Assembly (NCBI GenBank): GCA_003482855.1
Contig: DMXO01000005.1
Coordinates: 10,736 to 74,735, forward strand
Origin: Candidatus Magasanikiibacteriota bacterium
GTDB lineage: Bacteria > Patescibacteriota > Patescibacteriia > Magasanikbacterales > UBA922
DNA: 64,000 nt
Reading direction: 5' to 3'
Below the pieces are notes generated by a model that was given only the letters and a program-made list of their open reading frames with translations, did not search any database and had not been told where the DNA came from. Of the stretch, positions 56,393 through 64,000 are shown piece after piece (position 1 is the first letter of the stretch; every line of letters begins with the position of its first letter). The translations under genes were made by a program, and so were the position numbers.

Positions 56393-57652
56393 ATGGCGCG
56401 TAATAGGACATATACCGAAATAGTAACAGGCCTTGATGTAGGATCAAGCAGCGTTCGTGTTGCCGTAGGTCAGCTTGTGGTGTCAAAAGATCATCCACAA
56501 CAACTTCAAATTGTTAGTTCGATCGAGGTGCCTTCTGAAGGTATACAAAAGGGCCAAATCACGAGTATTGAAGATACTGTTTCTGCTGTTTCCAATGCTT
56601 TGGAGCAGGCCGAAAAAATGGTGGGAGTTCCTATAGAACATGTCTGGGTTGGTGTTTCTGGTAACCAGATTATTTCACAAGAGAGTAAAGGAGTCATCGC
56701 AATATCTCGTACAGATGGGGAAGTTGCTGAAGAGGATATTGACCGGGCAGTAGATGCTGCAAAAGCGATATCTACGCCTCTTAATTATGAAATTTTACAT
56801 GTATTACCTCGCAGTTTTAGTGTGGATGGACAAACAGGAATCAAAGACCCGGTAGGGATGACAGGCATACGACTTGAAGTGGATACGAAGATAATTCATA
56901 GTGTAACATCTCATATAAAGAATTTGAGTAAAGTAGTATATCGCGCTGGAGTGGATATAGATGATTTTGTGTTGTCTATATTGGCTGCAGGAGAGGTAGT
57001 GATCAACAGCCGACAAAAAGAGCTGGGATGCGTAGTGGTAAATATTGGCGGTCCTACGACGAGCATGGTTGTATATGAAGATGGAGATGTTCTTCATACA
57101 TCAGTCATACCTATTGGTTCGTCTCATATTACCAATGATTTGGCTCTGGGGCTCAAGACATCTATTGATGTGGCTGAGAGAGTCAAAAAGGAATATGGTG
57201 AATGTGTGAGTAGGGGCATCAATAAAAAAGAAATTGTTGATTTGAAGGATGTTGGTGCAGATAAATCAGAAATAGTGACCAGATATTATATTGCTCAAAT
57301 TATTGAAGCACGCGTGTCTGAAATTCTTGAAAAAGTTGATGAAGAACTTGCGTCTATTGAACGTAGCAATATGTTGCCCGCAGGAGCTGTTTTCATAGGA
57401 GGCGGTTCAAAAGTAAATGGCATTATAGATATAGCTAAGCAAGTGCTTTCGTTGCCTGCCCAGCTTGGGTATCCGCTCGGTGTAGATAGTATATCAGACA
57501 AGATAAGTGATATCTCATTTGCGCCAGCTATAGGATTGGTAAAGTGGGGGAGCGCGTTAACACACGATGGAAAGCGTAAACCATTTATGTCGAATTTTAA
57601 GGGGAAGATGAGTGATAGAGTTAAAGGGATTTTCAAGAGTCTCATACCATAG
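56393..57652 (+). CDS. ftsA: Cell division protein FtsA
   Basis: Actin-like ATPase of 419 aa (LDVGSSSVRVAVG...; GGGS motif) directly upstream of ftsZ. Confidence 0.9.
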   Translation: MARNRTYTEIVTGLDVGSSSVRVAVGQLVVSKDHPQQLQIVSSIEVPSEGIQKGQITSIEDTVSAVSNALEQAEKMVGVPIEHVWVGVSGNQIISQESKGVIAISRTDGEVAEEDIDRAVDAAKAISTPLNYEILHVLPRSFSVDGQTGIKDPVGMTGIRLEVDTKIIHSVTSHIKNLSKVVYRAGVDIDDFVLSILAAGEVVINSRQKELGCVVVNIGGPTTSMVVYEDGDVLHTSVIPIGSSHITNDLALGLKTSIDVAERVKKEYGECVSRGINKKEIVDLKDVGADKSEIVTRYYIAQIIEARVSEILEKVDEELASIERSNMLPAGAVFIGGGSKVNGIIDIAKQVLSLPAQLGYPLGVDSISDKISDISFAPAIGLVKWGSALTHDGKRKPFMSNFKGKMSDRVKGIFKSLIP

Positions 57653-57869
57653 AATATTGGTTATATTGTTTTGTAGCGTATATATACGTCTAAAAGACGT
57701 TTTTTTGTTATTTATTATGGTACACACTTTATAGTGCTTGACACTCTTGGCCAAAACTTATAAACTATGAGTATTGAATACATATATTTTCCAAATACTA
57801 TTTATTTGAATACAGATTGTGTTCAAATAAATATCTAGGGAGTTGACTTTACACTTAGAATAAAAACGT

Positions 57870-59108
57870 ATGCCACAAATAAAACCAGATGTCGAAACAT
57901 TCGCTAAGATAAAAGTTGTAGGTGTGGGAGGATCAGGAGGTTCAGCAGTCAATAGGATGGTCGAAAGTCGCATACGCGGTGTTGATTTTTTGGCATTGAA
58001 TACAGACGTACAGGCCCTTCACCACAATAGTGCCCAAAAGAAATTGCATATTGGTAAGACAGTCACCCGTGGGCTTGGGGCCGGTATGGATCCAGACAAA
58101 GGCAAACGAAGCGCGGAAGAAGCACAAAATGAAATTAGAGAAGCACTCAAAGATACTGACATGATTTTTATTACATGTGGACTTGGTGGTGGCACAGGAT
58201 CAGGAGCGGCCCCTGTCGTGGCAGAGATAGCTCGCGATATGGGTATACTCACGGTAGCTGTAGTGACGAAGCCATTTTCTTTTGAAGGTCCACAACGAAA
58301 AATGATCGCTGATAGGGCATATGAAGAATTAGTGAGAAGTGTAGACACTATCATTACTATACCCAATGATCGAATTCTTCAAATTATTGACAAGAAGACA
58401 TCACTCCTTGATGCATTCAAGATTGTGGATGATGTTCTGCGTCAAGGTGTGCAGGGTATTTCTGAGTTGATCACGGTTCCAGGTCTTATCAATGTCGATT
58501 TTGCTGATGTAAAGACTATTATGAGTGATACAGGATCTGCGCTTATGGGTATAGGTGTTGGCACAGGAGACAATCGTGCAGTCGAAGCAGCCAAAGCTGC
58601 TATATCAAGTCCGCTTTTGGAAATATCTATTGACGGAGCGCGCGGTATTTTATTCACTATTACTGGTGGCACTAGTCTTGGTATGCAAGAAGTCGCAGAA
58701 GCAGCAAAAGTTATCACAAGTTCAGCTGATGACAATGTACAGGTAATCTTTGGTGCTGTAGTGGATGAACATATGGGCGAAGATGTGAGGGTTACTGTTG
58801 TTGCAACTGGATTTGAAGATCGTGAGCGAGAAAGTGTTGTCAATGCTGATTCAAAGAATGCTGGGCTTGATGTATTTACTGCAAAACGCCCTAAATTTAA
58901 ATCAAATTTATTTACCAAACGTCATGAGATGCCTGAGGAAGAAAAAGAAGAAGCGCCACAGCCACCGGTTGCTACATTTACGAGAAAATCAGTTGGTAAT
59001 GATATGTTTCAATCTACTATTCCACAGACGCCAAAGATTCCATCTGCGTCAGAAGAAGATGACGACTTAGAAATTCCAGCATTTATCCGTAAGAAAATGG
59101 GAATGTAA
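57870..59108 (+). CDS. ftsZ: Cell division protein FtsZ
   Basis: Tubulin signature GGGTGSGAAPVVAEIA; T7 loop; promoter TTGACA/TAAACT at 57738-57766; terminator hairpin at 59131-59163. Confidence 0.97.
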   Translation: MPQIKPDVETFAKIKVVGVGGSGGSAVNRMVESRIRGVDFLALNTDVQALHHNSAQKKLHIGKTVTRGLGAGMDPDKGKRSAEEAQNEIREALKDTDMIFITCGLGGGTGSGAAPVVAEIARDMGILTVAVVTKPFSFEGPQRKMIADRAYEELVRSVDTIITIPNDRILQIIDKKTSLLDAFKIVDDVLRQGVQGISELITVPGLINVDFADVKTIMSDTGSALMGIGVGTGDNRAVEAAKAAISSPLLEISIDGARGILFTITGGTSLGMQEVAEAAKVITSSADDNVQVIFGAVVDEHMGEDVRVTVVATGFEDRERESVVNADSKNAGLDVFTAKRPKFKSNLFTKRHEMPEEEKEEAPQPPVATFTRKSVGNDMFQSTIPQTPKIPSASEEDDDLEIPAFIRKKMGM

Positions 59109-59227
59109 GTCAATTCATACACAGTATATAAAAAAGTCCTCTCAATTTGAGAGGACTTTTCTTATATGCAGGTGAATGATATACTAGATGTGCTCTATAT
59201 TTAACTGAAGTTTTTTGCTTAATCAAT

Positions 59228-59686
59228 ATGTATTGTCCAGTTTGTCGTTCAAAAGAGACAAAAGTGGTGGATTCTCGCGTAACACACGAAGGCACCATGA
59301 TCCGCAGGAGACGAGAGTGTGTTACTTGCCAATATCGTTTTTCTACAGTCGAAGAAATGGAACTTCTCGATATTGTGGTAGTAAAGAATGACGGACGCAG
59401 GGAATCATATTCACGCACTAAGTTGGAACGCGGTATTATACATTCTCTTGCCAAAAGACCTTATACCCAAGATTTTTTTGATCGGATGATTCATGGTATT
59501 GAACGTGATATTTACAAAAAAAATAAGCGAGAAATTACCAGCAGAGAAATAGGTGAGATCGTCATGAAGCATTTGCGTAAGTTTGATAAGGTAGCATATA
59601 TTAGATTTGCATCCATTTACCGCGCTTTTGAAGATGTGAATAAATTTCAAAAAGAAGTGCGTTCACTACAAAAAAAAACCAAATAA
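59228..59686 (+). CDS. nrdR: Transcriptional repressor NrdR
   Basis: Zn-ribbon MYCPVCRS...CVTCQYRF plus ATP-cone; 152 aa. Confidence 0.95.
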   Translation: MYCPVCRSKETKVVDSRVTHEGTMIRRRRECVTCQYRFSTVEEMELLDIVVVKNDGRRESYSRTKLERGIIHSLAKRPYTQDFFDRMIHGIERDIYKKNKREITSREIGEIVMKHLRKFDKVAYIRFASIYRAFEDVNKFQKEVRSLQKKTK

Positions 59687-59706
59687 TATATTAACTTTGT
59701 GATTTT

Positions 59707-60177
59707 ATGTCTCAGCATACACATAAGAAGCATGAGTCTCCAGAGGAGGCAATGCCCCAAAAGACAGTAGGTGATGAAGAAAAACACGGCATAGATATCC
59801 AACAAAATTCTGCCACGATAAACGATTCTTCACAGACACACGGAGAATTAAAGGATTTGATTGAAAAAAATATCAAATGGTCGCAGGTTATCTATAACCA
59901 AAATAAGAAAATAAAGCATCGTCTCACGCTCATGGTTGTTGGAAGCTATCTACGTCTCGTCCTTATTCTGGCCCCTATTATTCTTGGTATTATTTATCTG
60001 CCCCCGCTTCTCAATAATTTATGGAATCAATATAGTGATTCGCTTGGTTTGCAAGGAGTCTCTTTTTCAGAAATATCAGATTTGTTGAAAACACGCACAG
60101 GTGGCACGCAAATACAAATTGATGCTAACCAGTTGCAAGAATTATTGAAACAAAACACTCCAAATAATAGCAGGTAA
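59707..60177 (+). CDS. Hypothetical protein with one TM segment (156 aa)
   Basis: ORF; central hydrophobic helix; no family recognised. Confidence 0.45.
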   Translation: MSQHTHKKHESPEEAMPQKTVGDEEKHGIDIQQNSATINDSSQTHGELKDLIEKNIKWSQVIYNQNKKIKHRLTLMVVGSYLRLVLILAPIILGIIYLPPLLNNLWNQYSDSLGLQGVSFSEISDLLKTRTGGTQIQIDANQLQELLKQNTPNNSR

Positions 60178-60188
60178 AGTATATACGT

Positions 60189-60485
60189 ATGACGCCATTT
60201 CAAAAGTCTGTGTATCGTGCCACTATGCGGGTACCCAAAGGCAGCGTAACAACATATGGGCGTATCGCTAAGTCTATTGGTTCACTAGGAGCAGCTCGTG
60301 CAGTGGGCAATGTACTCAATAAAAATATTGATACAGTCCATATCCCATGCCATCGGGTGGTTTGTGCCAATGGGAAGGTTGGTGGCTATGTACATGGCCA
60401 AAGAGAAAAAATAAGGAAATTACGTCATGAGGGTGTCGTAATTAAAAAAGGACGCGTAGACGAGAGTCATATAATAGATGTATAA
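60189..60485 (+). CDS. Methylated-DNA-[protein]-cysteine S-methyltransferase DNA-binding domain protein (Ogt-like, 98 aa)
   Basis: Active-site PCHRVV motif and a helix-turn-helix; the short form lacks the N-terminal domain. Confidence 0.8.
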   Translation: MTPFQKSVYRATMRVPKGSVTTYGRIAKSIGSLGAARAVGNVLNKNIDTVHIPCHRVVCANGKVGGYVHGQREKIRKLRHEGVVIKKGRVDESHIIDV

Positions 60486-60535
60486 GATATAAAAATTAGC
60501 CAGTATGTTGGCTAATTTTGTTTGTATAGAGAGTT

Positions 60536-62830
60536 CTAATAATTGAATGTATATATTTTGTTGTCACTCAAGACAAATATACTTTTATCTTCTTCTGATA
60601 CTACCATATCTGATATATTATTCCACGCATCATTTGTATATTGACTTACGAAGTTTCCATCTTTGTCTATAATGACGACGCGTTTATTTGTTGGTTCTGC
60701 TATGTATATGCTATCTGTGTCCGCGTATGTCCATATATTTATTGGATTTTGGAGGACTGGGTCAAGACCAGTGATTGAGAAAGTTTGTTCAGTACTGGCA
60801 TAGAATTTGAAGATGGTCCCATCTGCATTGAGCACATAGATATCACCATCTACTGCGAGGGCAACTGCAGATGCAAGAGAATTTGTTTTTGAGGAAATCC
60901 AAGGAGTGCCGCGGTCATATCCTGTTTGTGTCGGGTTGTGTTTGTAGATTTGGTCTCGGTCTTTACTCAATGTGTATATCCGTTGGTTGTATATGGCAAG
61001 GTCAGTAATAGATGGATTGTCAGCATCGTACGAGATATCTTTGACTGACAAGGCGCGTGTTTCTTTGTTATATTCGACAATACTATTGGTATCCTTTATA
61101 AAAACAATTTTGTCATTTTCTTTTGGTACGTCGGCGCGTCCGATATGTTTGATAGTATCGTGCGATATAGTATCCAATTGTTTTGTAATTGGATCTACAC
61201 TGTAGAGAAAATCATCGTCAGGGCCAAATGCAATAATTTTGTCATCGAGATACGCTAAGTATAGCGCATGCGCCTGTGGGTTGGTTTGTGTTAGATCCGC
61301 AAGCATTTCTGTGTCGACCATTGTTATTTTTCTTAATTTTATAAGTAGACCATCTATCGTATCATACAATGTTCGTGCTTGGTTTTGGTCCTCTTCTTCT
61401 TTTTGGGGTAATGTATCCGCTAATCGCCGTGCTTCTTGTAATATACTGAGTGCCTTGTCTTCCTCCCCATAGAGTATGTGGGCTTCTGCCTCGTGTGTTT
61501 TTTCCTCAATGTTTTGGACAAGATTTGTATATTGAATTTGCTTCGCTTCACGATTTTCTTTTATTTTTATGTAGATTATACTACCCGCGAGGATCACTGC
61601 AAATACGATGAGCGCAATAAATAATACTCTGCTCACCATCCCCATGTTTTCTATTTGTTCTTGTTTTGTACGGACATACGACCTTGTTTTGTCTATGATG
61701 AGAGAGCGCTGTCCATTTCTATTGGTGATGAGGAAAAATAGATGGACCAGTATTGCCCCCATCCATAGTATTATTTTTTTTGCAACAAAATAAAAACCTG
61801 TGGCTATGACAACGATAGAGCGCCCGACCATAATAAGGATTTTTTCAGTCAGTTTTTCTTGAGGTTGTCCTTCAGATGGGCGATAATTTGTCTCCACTGC
61901 GCCGTGACGGATTTTTTTGGTAGTATCTTTGTTTCTCTTTTCTGCTTTTTGTGCTCGGGATGATCCGTGTTGCTTCAGACGTGATAGGAAATTCTGTGTA
62001 CCTTCTCTCACATGCTTGAGAAGAGGAGGCGAGAGGGTTTCTTCGGTTGTACGGGCTGTATTTAGAAAATTGTTCATTGAGGCCTGGGATCCTATATCTA
62101 CTGATTCTTTTTTGTATAGGGGAGTGTCTCGAGGTATTGTTTTTGGTATGTGAAACAATACACCTCCAAATGAATATTTGTTTGATAGACTTTCAAGTAC
62201 TTTGGTAATATGCGCAGTACTTTGTCGTGTTGTCCTGTTTTGGAGTATTTTGCGGACCCGATCAGAAGAGAAATAGTCGTCTACATGTGGTGTCGCAATA
62301 TATACGTAGTCACCGGCATTGATAACACCTTCTACGACGGCTGAGAAAAGCTGAGTGTGTGTGTCAGCACTTTCTTCTATAATTGAAGTTTCTTTTATTT
62401 CCTCATGAGACGCATAGTATAGTATGGCCTTGGGAGAACCATGATAGGCAAGTACGAGACGTCTATTTTGCAAGATACCGACAATAGAATGCACTACGCT
62501 ATTTGGGTAGTTGAGTACATGATGGCTTTGTTTGTTGATATCCTGGAGTATGTGTTCAAAAGTGTTTTCAGTAAAGTCATTTGTTTCATAATATTGACTT
62601 TCTATAGTATCGATGATTTCCTGAAGTTGTGTAATTTGCTCTGGGTGGTTATTCGTTACCTCTACTAGCGCAAAAAAATAACCCCGTTCTTTTTCTTCTT
62701 CGGTTACTGGCTCCGCGATATGGAGTAATACATGTGAAGCTTGTTGGTCACTTCCTTCTACAAAAAATTCTTGAATTTCCAATTTATTGTCCATATATAA
62801 AAACAAGACCTCTTTGACTTTTGGTGTCAC
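60536..62830 (-). CDS. Hypothetical membrane protein (764 aa) with two central TM helices and a C-terminal beta-propeller-like repeat region
   Basis: Long minus-strand ORF. Repeated DG(D/N)IYVLN...G.I.KF-type strands in the C-terminal 300 aa. Confidence 0.5.
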   Translation of the reverse strand: MTPKVKEVLFLYMDNKLEIQEFFVEGSDQQASHVLLHIAEPVTEEEKERGYFFALVEVTNNHPEQITQLQEIIDTIESQYYETNDFTENTFEHILQDINKQSHHVLNYPNSVVHSIVGILQNRRLVLAYHGSPKAILYYASHEEIKETSIIEESADTHTQLFSAVVEGVINAGDYVYIATPHVDDYFSSDRVRKILQNRTTRQSTAHITKVLESLSNKYSFGGVLFHIPKTIPRDTPLYKKESVDIGSQASMNNFLNTARTTEETLSPPLLKHVREGTQNFLSRLKQHGSSRAQKAEKRNKDTTKKIRHGAVETNYRPSEGQPQEKLTEKILIMVGRSIVVIATGFYFVAKKIILWMGAILVHLFFLITNRNGQRSLIIDKTRSYVRTKQEQIENMGMVSRVLFIALIVFAVILAGSIIYIKIKENREAKQIQYTNLVQNIEEKTHEAEAHILYGEEDKALSILQEARRLADTLPQKEEEDQNQARTLYDTIDGLLIKLRKITMVDTEMLADLTQTNPQAHALYLAYLDDKIIAFGPDDDFLYSVDPITKQLDTISHDTIKHIGRADVPKENDKIVFIKDTNSIVEYNKETRALSVKDISYDADNPSITDLAIYNQRIYTLSKDRDQIYKHNPTQTGYDRGTPWISSKTNSLASAVALAVDGDIYVLNADGTIFKFYASTEQTFSITGLDPVLQNPINIWTYADTDSIYIAEPTNKRVVIIDKDGNFVSQYTNDAWNNISDMVVSEEDKSIFVLSDNKIYTFNY

Positions 62831-62939
62831 TATTATTATACTATACTTCGTAAAAGCTTAAAAGGCCTGGGAGGTTTAAAAGTCTTGGGAAAGTCTTTTG
62901 AGCCTTTTAAGCTTCATAAGCCTTTTAAGTCTTTTCTAT

Positions 62940-63548
62940 ATGCTTGAACAACTATTTGGTTCAAAGACCAGATTGAAATTATTACGTGTCTTTTTTCGAG
63001 AGCCAGAACAATCTTTTTTTGTGCGTGAATTATCCCGCCATGTTGGCGTTCAGATCAATGCTATTCGTCGTGAGCTAGAATTACTTTTGAGACTTGATAT
63101 TATCCAAGAGAAAGAGGAAAAAAGAAAAAAAGAAGAAGTAGCAGAAACTGGCGAGGCAGGGGCGACACTACGTAGATATTACCAGCTCAACCCCGATTCT
63201 ATTATCTGTTCTGAACTTCAGGCGCTTTTGCTCAAAGATACGATTATAGATCAAAAAGAATTTATAAAAGAACTTGAAGAAAAAACTGGTGATATAAAAC
63301 TCCTTGTACTTACGGGGAGGTTTACGAGTGCCCAAAAGGCGCCAACAGACATACTTATTGTAGGGAAGATTAAACCTCGCGCCTTAGCCAAGATAGTTGA
63401 ACAATACGAAAAGAATCTTGGATTTGATATTAGATATACGGTCATGAGTAAGGATGAATTCACCGATCGCAGGTATGTGATGGATAAATTTATATATGGA
63501 GTTTTTGAAGCAGACCATTTGAAGGTGGTGAATGATTTAGGTGTCTGA
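62940..63548 (+). CDS. Hypothetical protein (~200 aa); possible start 62898
   Basis: ORF preceded by a palindromic AAGCTTAAAAGGC/GCCTTTTAAGCTT region. Central E/K-rich segment. No family assigned. Confidence 0.45.
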   Translation: MLEQLFGSKTRLKLLRVFFREPEQSFFVRELSRHVGVQINAIRRELELLLRLDIIQEKEEKRKKEEVAETGEAGATLRRYYQLNPDSIICSELQALLLKDTIIDQKEFIKELEEKTGDIKLLVLTGRFTSAQKAPTDILIVGKIKPRALAKIVEQYEKNLGFDIRYTVMSKDEFTDRRYVMDKFIYGVFEADHLKVVNDLGV

Positions 63549-63550
63549 GA

Positions 63551-63713
63551 TACATAAGATAAATAAAATCCGAAATTCTAAACTCTAAATCCGAAACAAA
63601 TTCAAACTATCAAAATCCTAATGTCCAAAAAACAATCGCGTTTAGAGTTTTGTTAATTTATATTTTGGTTATTGTTTAGGATTTCGAGCTTAGTGCTTAA
63701 TTTATCTTATGTA
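63551..63713. mobile_element. MITE-like element (family A) with perfect 14-bp terminal inverted repeats TACATAAGATAAAT / ATTTATCTTATGTA; it fills the whole intergenic space
   Basis: TIRs at 63551-63564 and 63700-63713. Internal arms AAAATCCGAAATTCTAAACTCTAAATCCGAAACAAATTCAAA vs TTTAGAGTTTTGTT...TTGTTTAGGATTTCGAGCTTAG are related to the 8075-8178 element. Confidence 0.55.
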
Positions 63714-63726
63714 TTTACTTATAGAT

Positions 63727-64000
63727 ATGTCTATTCGCGACAGCATTCATCTTGCTTTGTTTAATGCTGATTCGCGAGAAGATAAAGTATTTGAGGGTCG
63801 TAATCGCGAGCTTCTTTTTTGTATTGATCAACTAGTAAAAAGTAGAAAGTTAAAAGTAGAAAGTGAAGAAATAGAGGGGATTATAGTGGTAGTTGGCGCT
63901 GGGTCGTTTACGAGTACACGGATTGCATGTGTGGTGGCAAACACGTTTGCGTATGTAAAACAAATTCCACTGTTAGCTATTTTGATTGAACGGGTGGATC
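63727..64000 (+). CDS. tsaB: tRNA threonylcarbamoyladenosine biosynthesis protein TsaB (YeaZ)-like, 3'-truncated at the window edge
   Basis: N-terminal GIIVVVGAGSFTSTRIACVVANTFA matches the TsaB/YeaZ GxGSFTGxRIG motif. Confidence 0.5.
   Translation, partial: MSIRDSIHLALFNADSREDKVFEGRNRELLFCIDQLVKSRKLKVESEEIEGIIVVVGAGSFTSTRIACVVANTFAYVKQIPLLAILIERVD

Overview
Low-GC (~38%) bacterial chromosome segment. Compact gene order, K-rich extensions on S5, S16 and HisRS, no L30 gene between rpsE and rplO, a zinc-type S14, and type-IV-secretion-like genes suggest a Candidate Phyla Radiation / Patescibacteria-like genome; this lineage call is inference. Core content: the tail of the S10/spc ribosomal operon (rplE, rpsN, rpsH, rplF, rplR, rpsE, rplO, secY, an extra small ORF, adk, a CAP-domain protein, map), then ruvX, recO, asnS and an RsmB-like methyltransferase; further genes are comFC, a tRNA-Ser x3 cluster, hsp20, a VanW protein, clpP, nrnA, smc, rpsP, a KH protein, tRNA-Val/Ile, lepB, hisS, rpsU, yqeY, ybeY, dgkA, ftsA, ftsZ, nrdR, an ogt-like gene and a partial tsaB. 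Two accessory blocks stand out. (1) 12.4-24.5 kb is a T4SS-like locus bounded by a terminator and the tRNA-Ser cluster. It holds a 1587-aa VirB6/TrbL-like protein with a long coiled coil, a PrgI/VirB3-like protein, a VirB4-like ATPase apparently split by a palindromic insert, and ComFC. (2) 38.7-55.5 kb encodes two paralogous surface proteins (741 aa and 3891 aa) whose N-termini are VirB2/TrbC-pilin-like two-helix modules fused to Ig-like, IPT, vWA and Cys-rich adhesin repeats, followed by three paralogous proteins with dockerin-like Ca-binding triple repeats. Also present: a ~0.75-kb 60%-GC island encoding a thioredoxin-like lipoprotein; two promoter/terminator-bounded ORF-free candidate ncRNAs; two families of MITE-like palindromic intergenic repeats; and a type-II tRNA with an apparent ACU anticodon. 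No CRISPR arrays or rRNA genes were seen. All calls are from manual reading; no tools were run.
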